Part shown: positions 17,696-24,501 of the stretch, piece after piece
Layout: the number at the start of each line of letters is the position of its first letter
Position numbering within the stretch: position 1 is the first letter of the stretch
Origin: an uncultured Caldilineaceae bacterium
Lineage (GTDB): Bacteria > Chloroflexota > Anaerolineae > 4572-78 > J111
NCBI GenBank assembly: GCA_964486935.1
Contig: CAZAPG010000007.1
Coordinates: 1-40,000, forward strand
Length of the DNA stretch: 40,000 bases
Direction: 5' to 3'
Program-made: the position numbers and the translations under genes
Notes under the pieces: model-generated
What the model was told of the DNA's origin: nothing
Databases searched by the model: none
What the model saw: the letters and a program-made list of their open reading frames with translations, nothing else

Positions 17696-18838
17696 ATGCG
17701 CGTTTGCATCGACGTTTCTCCCACGGCCCAAAAACACGCCGGGCTGGGCCGCTATGCCGGCGAGATTGCCCGCGCCCTGGCTGGCGATAGCGAGATTGAT
17801 TTGTCGCTTTTTTTCAACCGCCAGGGCCAGGCCGCGCTGCCCGATTACCTCAGCCAGGTGCCTCACACAAGCCTCAACATTGGCAACAAACCGTGGCGCA
17901 TGGGGGTGCTGCTCTCGCAGTTGGCGCGCTGGCCGATGGATAAAACCTTTGGGGCCGGGGATATTTTTCACGCCACCAACCATCTGCTGGCTCATTTTCG
18001 CCGCGCCCGCACCGTCTTTACCCTGCACGACCTGATTTTTCTGCGCTACCCCCAATATCACCTGCCTTACAATCGCTGGTATCTCAGCCTGGCCATGCCC
18101 CGTTTTTTAAGGGCGGCAGATATGATTGTGACCCCTTCGGAATGCTCGCGGCAGGATGCCATCAAATTTTACAGCCTGCCGGAATCTAAAATAAAGGTGA
18201 TTTACGAAGCGGCAGCGCCCCATTTTCAGCCCGCCACCGATGCCATCGAACTGAAGCGGGTCGGGCAAAAATATAATTTGCCCGCCCGGTTTATGCTGCA
18301 CGTGGGCACTATCGAACCGCGCAAAAATCTCACGCGACTGCTCGATGCTTTCCAATCGCTACTGGTTGACCACCCTGACTTAAAACTGGTGCTGGTTGGC
18401 AAAAAGGGTTGGCTGTACGACTCGTTCTTTCAGCGGTTGCAGGCGTTGGGGTTGCAGGAATGCGTCATCTTCCCCGGCTATGTGGCTGAGGCCGATTTGC
18501 CGGCTTTTTACCACCTGGCCGAGTGTTTTGTATTTCCATCGCTATACGAAGGATTTGGTCTGGGGCCGCTGGAGGCGATGGCCTGCGGTACGCCGGTCGT
18601 CGCCAGCAATGCCGCCAGTTTACCGGAAGTGGTTGGCAACGCGGGGTTGCTGATTGACCCCGCCGACACCGCCGCGCTGGCCGCCGCGCTGCGCCGCGTG
18701 CTGGCAGACGCCCCGCTCAGGGCGGATTTAAAACAGCGGTCGATAGCGCGGGCCGGGCAATTTTCCTGGCAAAACGCGGCCGAGCAGTTGAAAGCGGTGT
18801 ACCTGTACCTGTCCCAAAACAAAAAACCGCCCGATTGA
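17696..18838 (+). CDS. Family-1 (GT4-like, GT-B fold) glycosyltransferase
   Basis: FVFPSLYEGFGLGPLEAMACGTPVVAS. Start moved to ATG 17696 (MRVCIDVS), because the TTG 17651 extension is encoded by the heptamer hairpin. Confidence 0.85.
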   Translation: MRVCIDVSPTAQKHAGLGRYAGEIARALAGDSEIDLSLFFNRQGQAALPDYLSQVPHTSLNIGNKPWRMGVLLSQLARWPMDKTFGAGDIFHATNHLLAHFRRARTVFTLHDLIFLRYPQYHLPYNRWYLSLAMPRFLRAADMIVTPSECSRQDAIKFYSLPESKIKVIYEAAAPHFQPATDAIELKRVGQKYNLPARFMLHVGTIEPRKNLTRLLDAFQSLLVDHPDLKLVLVGKKGWLYDSFFQRLQALGLQECVIFPGYVAEADLPAFYHLAECFVFPSLYEGFGLGPLEAMACGTPVVASNAASLPEVVGNAGLLIDPADTAALAAALRRVLADAPLRADLKQRSIARAGQFSWQNAAEQLKAVYLYLSQNKKPPD

Positions 18839-18849
18839 GCGGTTTTTTT
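18821..18849. terminator. Bidirectional-looking terminator between the GT gene and tRNA-Cys
   Basis: AAAAAACCGC-ccgattga-GCGGTTTTTTT. An A-run and a T-run flank a short GC stem. Confidence 0.55.
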
Positions 18850-18852
18850 GAG

Positions 18853-18924
<72 letters not shown>

Positions 18925-18972
18925 GGGACCAAATAAAGCTTTGACTGGCGGGGAAATATTTGATTGTGCCCC

Positions 18973-20052
18973 TTATTGTATCCCATCTGCGTTTTGAGTC
19001 AAATTATCATTTTCTGCGGCATCGCTCTGTACGGCGTCGCTCTCCACCGGTGAGTAGCGGGCGTGGGCCTGTTGCAGTTCGGTGGTATCGAAGCGGGCGT
19101 AGATTTTGGTGGTGCTGATATCGCTGTGGCCCAGCAGCTCCTGAAGCTGGGCCGTTGGGATGCCGGCGATGGTGGTATCGCGGCCAAAGGCGTGCCGCCA
19201 GGCGTGGGGGCTGAAGATTTCTTCGTCGAGGCCGGCCCGGACGGCCAGGTTTTTGAATAGTTTGTAGAGGCCATCGTAGGTTAGCTTACCCTGGCGTCCT
19301 TGCCAGACGGGGTCGTTTGGGCCGGAGCAGGCCAGGGTTTGGCGGTAGGTTTTGAGCGCCCGGCGGGTGGGGGGGCGCAGGAAGATATCCCGGCGTTTGT
19401 TGCCCTTGCCAATGACGCCGGCGGCGCCGGTATCCAGGTCAAGATCGCCCCAAGTCAGGCTCAGGGCCTCGGCGGCGCGGCAGCCGGTATCTCTAAAGAA
19501 GAGCAGGAGGGCGCGCTCGCGGGGGGTTTGGGCGGCGGCCAGCATATTGTTGATGTTGTTTTTGAGGATGGCTTTGGGCAGGTTGTTTTTGGGCAGGTCC
19601 GGGGGCTGCACGCCGGCCAGGGGGTGCGCGGCCAGGCGGCCGGCATCTACCAGCCAGCGGGCAAAGCGGTTGAGGATGTGGTAATGGCCTTTGAGGGTAT
19701 AGGGGCTGAGGCCGCGCCGTTTGAGGCCGGCGTAGTAAGCCAGCCAGGTATCGGGCTGGGCGGGGTTGCGGCCAGTTTTTTGACACCAGGCGGCAAACTG
19801 GGCCAGGCGCTTGCGGTAGCCGGCCAGGGTATTGGGGCGGCGGTTTTCGTACACGTCCAGGTAATTGAGAAAGCCGGAGAGATATTCGGCCAGGGGGAGA
19901 GGTGCGGGCGGGGAGAGGCTGTTGTTGGACAGGGGGTGGCTAAGGCGGCGGCCATCGGGCAGGTTGATGGTTATGGTCCGACAATCGGAGGGCAGGCCGG
20001 CCAGGGTGATGATTAGCTGGTTGTTGCGGATATTTATGTTGAAATTAAGCAA
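18973..20052 (-). CDS. int: Tyrosine integrase
   Basis: Catalytic motifs FFRDTGCRAAEAL (Arg), HAWRHAFG (HxxR), LLGHSDISTTKIYAR (Tyr). Start reassigned to TTG 20052 (GGAGG 6 nt upstream), because ATG 20178 overlaps the start and RBS of the divergent gene. Confidence 0.85.
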   Translation of the reverse strand: MLNFNINIRNNQLIITLAGLPSDCRTITINLPDGRRLSHPLSNNSLSPPAPLPLAEYLSGFLNYLDVYENRRPNTLAGYRKRLAQFAAWCQKTGRNPAQPDTWLAYYAGLKRRGLSPYTLKGHYHILNRFARWLVDAGRLAAHPLAGVQPPDLPKNNLPKAILKNNINNMLAAAQTPRERALLLFFRDTGCRAAEALSLTWGDLDLDTGAAGVIGKGNKRRDIFLRPPTRRALKTYRQTLACSGPNDPVWQGRQGKLTYDGLYKLFKNLAVRAGLDEEIFSPHAWRHAFGRDTTIAGIPTAQLQELLGHSDISTTKIYARFDTTELQQAHARYSPVESDAVQSDAAENDNLTQNADGIQ

Positions 20053-20080
20053 TGGGGGCCTCCTTGTAACGGGTTTTTTG

Positions 20081-20092
20081 TGACATTTGTCA
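20081..20092. promoter_or_regulatory. Operator-like palindrome in the divergent int / early-gene intergenic region
   Basis: TGACA-tt-TGTCA within an AT-richer 124-nt spacer. Confidence 0.3.
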
Positions 20093-20176
20093 TTTGTGTG
20101 AAGCCGAAGTGAGGGTACAATATTAGCACGGGCGTTCAATTGGGGAAGAGTCGGGTGTATTTGAAGGAGAATTTTC

Positions 20177-20533
20177 ATGAACCAATCTCAATCTCAAAAA
20201 TTTGAGCCGGAGGACTCTTTTGAACAGTTGTTGGAACGTATCCGGCAACAACGGCATCCGGAGTATGGCTCGTTGGAATGGAACGGGCAGAGCCGGCAAG
20301 CGACGGTTAACATAAGGTTTGAAAACGAGGGGGATGATGAGGCGACGGTTCGCCGGCGGGCATTGACGTATCTGCGGGGGTTGACCCCGGAGGAGCGGGC
20401 CAATTTGAACATAGAGATTGTGTACCGCAAGAATGTGCCGGTGAGGGCTGTTATCCGGGGAAAAACCAGCAATCTGAACCCGGATAGATTAAGGGGTTTG
20501 GACCGGATGGCCAATGGGAAGCAGGGTCCATAG
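20177..20533 (+). CDS. Hypothetical prophage protein (118 aa)
   Basis: GAAGGAGA lies 7 nt upstream of ATG 20177. No family recognised. Confidence 0.6.
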   Translation: MNQSQSQKFEPEDSFEQLLERIRQQRHPEYGSLEWNGQSRQATVNIRFENEGDDEATVRRRALTYLRGLTPEERANLNIEIVYRKNVPVRAVIRGKTSNLNPDRLRGLDRMANGKQGP

Positions 20534-20587
20534 TATCGCCAACAGTATCAAGGCCAATAGTACCAGGCCCTTTTGCCCGATAGTCTC

Positions 20588-20616
20588 TGGACAGATGGGT
20601 CACAATTTTATATAAT
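20588..20616 (+). promoter_or_regulatory. Near-consensus sigma-70-type promoter
   Basis: TGGACA (20588-93), a 17-nt spacer, then TATAAT (20611-16). Four (T/C)AGT(A/C)(T/C)C motifs lie just upstream, at 20531, 20543, 20558 and 20581. Confidence 0.5.
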
Positions 20617-20642
20617 CATTTTGTTCTCCAGGGCGAAGCACG

Positions 20643-20677
20643 CGCGGAGTGGCTATTTAGCTGCTCCGCGTTTTTTT
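20643..20677 (+). terminator. Strong rho-independent terminator about 25 nt downstream of the predicted TSS
   Basis: CGCGGAGTGGCT-ATTT-AGCTGCTCCGCG (12 bp including 2 G-U pairs) followed by T7. Confidence 0.75.
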
Positions 20678-20728
20678 GTTCCTAAAATGACGACTTGAGG
20701 GCTTTTTTATTTATGATAGGATGGGATC

Positions 20729-20941
20729 ATGCCAAAACATGTCATTCCTCCAGCCCAAGGATTTAGTTTTTTGACTTGGGCGCAGATTGAGCAGATCGAT
20801 GCGGAATTGAAGCGGGTGGCCGAGTATGCCAGGTCTTTTGGCTGCCAGGCGCACCTGGTGTTAACAATTAATGAAAATGGCTGGCTAATTAATAGCGGCG
20901 CGCCGATGGCGTGCCAGCGGCTAAGACCAACCATCCAATAG
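20729..20941 (+). CDS. Hypothetical prophage protein (70 aa)
   Basis: ORF with a weak RBS. An antisense ORF of similar size exists. No family recognised. Confidence 0.45.
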   Translation: MPKHVIPPAQGFSFLTWAQIEQIDAELKRVAEYARSFGCQAHLVLTINENGWLINSGAPMACQRLRPTIQ

Positions 20942-20976
20942 CAAACAACATCCTGAAAAATGAAGGATGTTTTTTT

Positions 20977-21276
20977 ATGCCCGACAGAGCCACAGCGCCG
21001 GGGCAGTCCTTAATTGGGGGCTGCCCCGGTTTTTGTTTTAAACCGCTTTCGCGCCGCGAGAGGGAAACCCTGACCCTGGCGGCCTATGGGCACACGGATT
21101 TGGAGATTGCCCGGCGGCTCTGTTTGGGGGCGCGCACGGTGCGGGTGTATTTGTTTAGAGCGCGAGAGAAGTTGCATGCGGCCAATACCACCCACGCGGT
21201 GGCCGTGGCCGTAAGCCTGAAGCTGATTGATTTTGATGCGTGTTTGGCCTCAACGCCAGTGATTTTACAGCAGTGA
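20977..21276 (+). CDS. Stand-alone LuxR/GerE-type HTH regulator (99 aa)
   Basis: LSRRERETLTLAAYGHTDLEIARRLCLGARTVRVYLFRAREKL. Start set at ATG 20977. Confidence 0.7.
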   Translation: MPDRATAPGQSLIGGCPGFCFKPLSRRERETLTLAAYGHTDLEIARRLCLGARTVRVYLFRAREKLHAANTTHAVAVAVSLKLIDFDACLASTPVILQQ

Positions 21277-21284
21277 TTTTACAG
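21257..21284. repeat. Perfect tandem duplication of a 14-mer (CAGTGATTTTACAG x2)
   Basis: Read directly. It spans the stop codon of the LuxR-type gene. Confidence 0.9.
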
Positions 21285-21335
21285 GGATGACCCGGGGGCT
21301 TGTCCATAAGGCCGGGGGGCGGATGGCGGGAATGA

Positions 21336-21363
21336 ATGGCCGAAAATGCGTATTTTCGGCCAT
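21336..21363. repeat. Perfect 12-4-12 palindrome immediately upstream of the RBS of the short recombinase gene
   Basis: ATGGCCGAAAAT-gcgt-ATTTTCGGCCAT. No T-run follows, so it is not a classical terminator. Confidence 0.8.
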
Positions 21364-21376
21364 AAGGAGTTAGAGC

Positions 21377-21907
21377 GTGTCCAGAAAGTTACCGACCTGG
21401 CTAACCCGGGCCGAGCGGAAAAGGTTGCTGGCCACCGAGTTGCCAACGCGAGACCGGGCAATTGTGGCTACGTTTTTGTATGCCGGCTTGCGAAGTAATG
21501 AATTGAGAATGTTAGACACGCCGGATGTGGATTTTGAGGAGATGACACTCCTGGTGCGTCATGGCAAACGCTCTAAGCAGAGATTGGTGCCATTACATCC
21601 GGACGCGGCGGCGGCGATGGAGAAGCACCTGGCCGGCCGGCGCGCCGGACCGGTGTTTATGACGCACCGCGGACGGATTAGCAACCGCCGGCTCAGGTCG
21701 CTCATCGAGCAAATTGGGCGAGAGGCCGGTTTGCAAAAAAAACTTCATCCGCACGTGTTACGGCACACATTTGCCACGTCGCTCCGCGAGGCCGGCCAGG
21801 AGTTGGATGTGATCCAGGCGTTGCTTGGCCATGAGCGCATCGAGACGACGGCGATTTATACGCACTGTAGCGTGGATCAGCTTAGGGCGGCGGTGGACCG
21901 GATTTAG
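21377..21907 (+). CDS. Short tyrosine recombinase (176 aa, essentially catalytic domain only)
   Basis: LYAGLRSNELRML (Arg), HPHVLRHTFAT (HxxR), LLGHERIETTAIYTH (Tyr). GTG start with AAGGAG 7 nt upstream. Confidence 0.8.
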   Translation: MSRKLPTWLTRAERKRLLATELPTRDRAIVATFLYAGLRSNELRMLDTPDVDFEEMTLLVRHGKRSKQRLVPLHPDAAAAMEKHLAGRRAGPVFMTHRGRISNRRLRSLIEQIGREAGLQKKLHPHVLRHTFATSLREAGQELDVIQALLGHERIETTAIYTHCSVDQLRAAVDRI

Positions 21908-21915
21908 GAGGCCAA

Positions 21916-22383
21916 ATGAAGGATACGCGAGACGTTTTTTTCTTATATGTTGCTCTGGCGCTAGTGATAGCGGCCATTGTGATCTGCGGCCTGGAATTTT
22001 TGATTCCCAAGCCATCGCCGGCGGCCACACCGACCGCGACGCACGCGCCGACGAACACCCCAACGGTAGCCGCGATTGTCTCGGCGCCAACTTTTACGCC
22101 AACACCTACGCCGATATCACCCCCCCCTACCTCTACGGCGACGCCTACCCCAACCGCAACCGTTTCGCCAACGCCTGCTGCCCCCGATAAGGCGTGCCTT
22201 ATCCAGCAAAACTCGATTTACGTCATTCAACCCGGAGACACGCTGTGGCGCATTTCTGAGTGCGCTTATGGCGATCCGCTTTTGTGGCCGGTGATTTTTT
22301 TGGCCAATCCACAATTGAGCGATCCCCACCTGATCCACGCCGGCAATTCGCTGATTATTCCACGGAGGCGCGTCGATGGCTAG
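21916..22383 (+). CDS. Membrane-anchored LysM-domain protein
   Basis: N-terminal TM segment FFLYVALALVIAAIVICGL, a Pro/Thr-rich linker, and LysM YVIQPGDTLWRISECAYGDPLLWPVIFLANP...AGNSLIIP. Confidence 0.8.
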   Translation: MKDTRDVFFLYVALALVIAAIVICGLEFLIPKPSPAATPTATHAPTNTPTVAAIVSAPTFTPTPTPISPPPTSTATPTPTATVSPTPAAPDKACLIQQNSIYVIQPGDTLWRISECAYGDPLLWPVIFLANPQLSDPHLIHAGNSLIIPRRRVDG

Positions 22384-22759
22384 AACGACAATAAGCCAGT
22401 TGCGGCAAATGGTTGAGGAGTTGCTCAGTTTGGCTCCACTGGCCGAACGATACACGGAGATTGAAAAAGCGGTCAAGGCCGGCCTGGTCGAGGTGAAATA
22501 CAAGGACCTGGACATTCCGGGCAAAGGCCGGGTTTTTATCAGCCAGAGCGAGCGGGTGACGGTTCCGCCAGAGGTGGCTGTTGATGTGTTGGGCGACTCG
22601 TTGGCCAGCAAAGTGATTGTGGTAAAAAGGGCAGTTTCAAACGACATCCTCAAGGCCTTTGTGAAAGCGGGCGAAATTAGCGAGTCGCAGCGGGAGCAGT
22701 TGTTGGAGCGGGCTGACAAGTCTCCAATCGTTAACCTGTATGTGAGACCGTTGTCATAA
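22376..22759 (+). CDS. Hypothetical prophage protein (127 aa)
   Basis: Overlaps the upstream stop. N-terminal helical region. Resemblance to Gam/Gp157-type proteins is too weak to call. Confidence 0.6.
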   Translation: MARTTISQLRQMVEELLSLAPLAERYTEIEKAVKAGLVEVKYKDLDIPGKGRVFISQSERVTVPPEVAVDVLGDSLASKVIVVKRAVSNDILKAFVKAGEISESQREQLLERADKSPIVNLYVRPLS

Positions 22760-22760
22760 A

Positions 22761-23102
22761 ATGGCGACTGTTGAGGAGATGAGACGGCGCATCGAATGGG
22801 TTGAGGTGGCGTTGGCCGACCTGCGCGACTTTATTGACAAGAATGATGGGCTGTTGGAGGCCAAACTCGACAATCTGAATAAGGCGATGATGGAACTACA
22901 GATTGTAGTGTATGGCAGCGAGCAGTACCGGCTACGAGGGGTTGGCGAGCGGCTCGACATCAGCGAGCAGCGCATTGCGACCGTCGAGAAAACTCTCCAA
23001 TCGGCTCAGGACACGTTGAAAGGGGTTAAAATCGGATTGGCCCTGAACGGCGCGGGCCTGGTCGGGGCGATTGTGGCGGTTATCAACGGTTTTTTGAATT
23101 GA
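22761..23102 (+). CDS. Coiled-coil protein with a C-terminal TM anchor (113 aa)
   Basis: Heptad-like N-terminal region. C-terminal segment IGLALNGAGLVGAIVAVINGFL. Confidence 0.55.
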   Translation: MATVEEMRRRIEWVEVALADLRDFIDKNDGLLEAKLDNLNKAMMELQIVVYGSEQYRLRGVGERLDISEQRIATVEKTLQSAQDTLKGVKIGLALNGAGLVGAIVAVINGFLN

Positions 23103-23117
23103 TGGAGGGGCAGCAGA

Positions 23118-23330
23118 TTGAGCGATTTTGCCAAAAAGTTGTTGTGGGCGTTCGCCGTTGCGAACACAATCCTCAATGTCATTATGTTTATTTTGGTAAT
23201 TCTGCCGCGAGATAAGACGCGGCTAATCCGGCATGCTCTGGCGGCGGCGGTGATGAAGCTATGGATATCCGATAGCCGGCTGTGGGCGATGATTCACGAT
23301 GATTTATGGCAGAAAGGGAACGGTCATTGA
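23118..23330 (+). CDS. Small membrane protein (70 aa), holin-like by size and topology only
   Basis: TTG start with GGAGG 9 nt upstream. TM segment LLWAFAVANTILNVIMFILVIL. Confidence 0.5.
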   Translation: MSDFAKKLLWAFAVANTILNVIMFILVILPRDKTRLIRHALAAAVMKLWISDSRLWAMIHDDLWQKGNGH

Positions 23331-23596
23331 TGAATGCAAATAGTAAAGCGCCGGTGCGCAAGGTGCGGGCGGTGATGGGGGCCGGCCTGAGTCTGACCGG
23401 CCTGGCGGCAGTGTTGGTGTGGCTGGCCCAGGTGTATGAACTAGAGATGCCGTGGGAAGTGGCTTTGTTTTTGGCGGCGCTTTTGACCTCGATGGGGACA
23501 AGCGCGGCGGGATATCTGGCGCGCTCGGATATCAGGGATATGCTGACTTTAGACGACGATAATCAGGGATATGCTGACGAGGATGCTGGAGAATAG
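23330..23596 (+). CDS. Small two-TM membrane protein (88 aa), holin-like by size and topology only
   Basis: ATGA overlap with the upstream gene. TM segments VMGAGLSLTGLAAVLVWLAQV and VALFLAALLTSMGTSAAGYL. Confidence 0.55.
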   Translation: MNANSKAPVRKVRAVMGAGLSLTGLAAVLVWLAQVYELEMPWEVALFLAALLTSMGTSAAGYLARSDIRDMLTLDDDNQGYADEDAGE

Positions 23597-23664
23597 CCCC
23601 CTATGCCTTCCGGCAAGTACCTGGCTGTGTGCCCCGGTAGCCCGCCAGTTAGACCAGGTGCTCG

Positions 23665-23997
23665 ATGCGCAAGAAAAACAGGATTTGCTCACAGCCAGGC
23701 TGCCCCAACTTGAATTGCCAGATACACCAAACTGTCCGCCGGGCAGACAACAGGCCATCGGCGGCTCGCCGGGGGTATGATGCGAAATGGCGGCGCACCA
23801 GGTCTGCGTTCCTGAAGCAGAACCCAAATTGTATCTGCGGCGAGGAAGCAACCGAAGTTGATCATATTGTTCCGTTACGAAACGGTGGAACGAACGCCTG
23901 GAGTAATCTGCGCGGCATGTGCAAAAGTTGTCACAGCCGTCACACCGCCAAATTCGGTGGTGGATTTGGCAACAGGATAGGGCGTCGAAATCGCTAG
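23665..23997 (+). CDS. HNH endonuclease
   Basis: EVDHIVPLRNGG...NLRGMCKSCHSRHT plus an N-terminal Cys cluster. Located directly upstream of terS. Confidence 0.85.
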   Translation: MRKKNRICSQPGCPNLNCQIHQTVRRADNRPSAARRGYDAKWRRTRSAFLKQNPNCICGEEATEVDHIVPLRNGGTNAWSNLRGMCKSCHSRHTAKFGGGFGNRIGRRNR

Positions 23998-24018
23998 AGA
24001 CAATCAACGCGAGACCGT

Positions 24019-24501
24019 GTGCGGAAACCAGATTTTTTTCTGTACAGGATTGGAAATTTGCCAGGACCAACACCAAAACCGCCTGGTTTGCGCCAACGGC
24101 GCAACAAATCGGCGACGCGGGCGATGCTGCCGGCTGAGACTGAGCCGCGAGAGGAGAAGCCGAGTCTGCCGAAGTGCCCGAATGATGGTGGCTGGCACAA
24201 CATGGCGCGACGGTGGTGGGATGATGTGTGGACATCGCCGATGCACCATGAGTTTTTGCGGGGCGATGAGCCGGCGCTATTCCGGCTAGTAACGCTAGTT
24301 GACACATTTTGGAAGACCATGGACCTGGCTGTAGCTCGTGAGATCCGGCTGCTGGAGCGGGAGTTCGGGTTGACGCCGCTGAGCCGCCGGCGATTGGAGT
24401 GGAGCGTGTCTCAGGCGGAGGATGCAAAAGACAGGTATGAGGAGAAGCGCGTCCGCCGGGCGAAGGTTGTTAGTGGCGACCCGCGCAAGGTGCTGGAATG
24501 A
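24019..24501 (+). CDS. terS: Terminase small subunit (P27-family-like)
   Basis: GNLPGPTPKPPGL N-terminal motif, EREFGLTPLSRRRL. GTG start. ATGA overlap with terL. Confidence 0.75.
   Translation: MRKPDFFLYRIGNLPGPTPKPPGLRQRRNKSATRAMLPAETEPREEKPSLPKCPNDGGWHNMARRWWDDVWTSPMHHEFLRGDEPALFRLVTLVDTFWKTMDLAVAREIRLLEREFGLTPLSRRRLEWSVSQAEDAKDRYEEKRVRRAKVVSGDPRKVLE

Noticed and set aside
18925-18972. Assigning an exact attL core
   Set aside because: The partner repeat must lie beyond nt 40000. No copy of this segment or of the tRNA occurs elsewhere in the window, so the boundary cannot be fixed from this sequence.
19300-20016. 238-aa plus-strand ORF
   Set aside because: It is antisense to the integrase catalytic domain. 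The Gly/Ala-rich translation has no motifs.
23549-24427. 292-aa ORF on the minus strand
   Set aside because: It is antisense to the well-supported HNH endonuclease and terS genes. The composition is Ala/Ser/Pro-rich with no recognisable motif.
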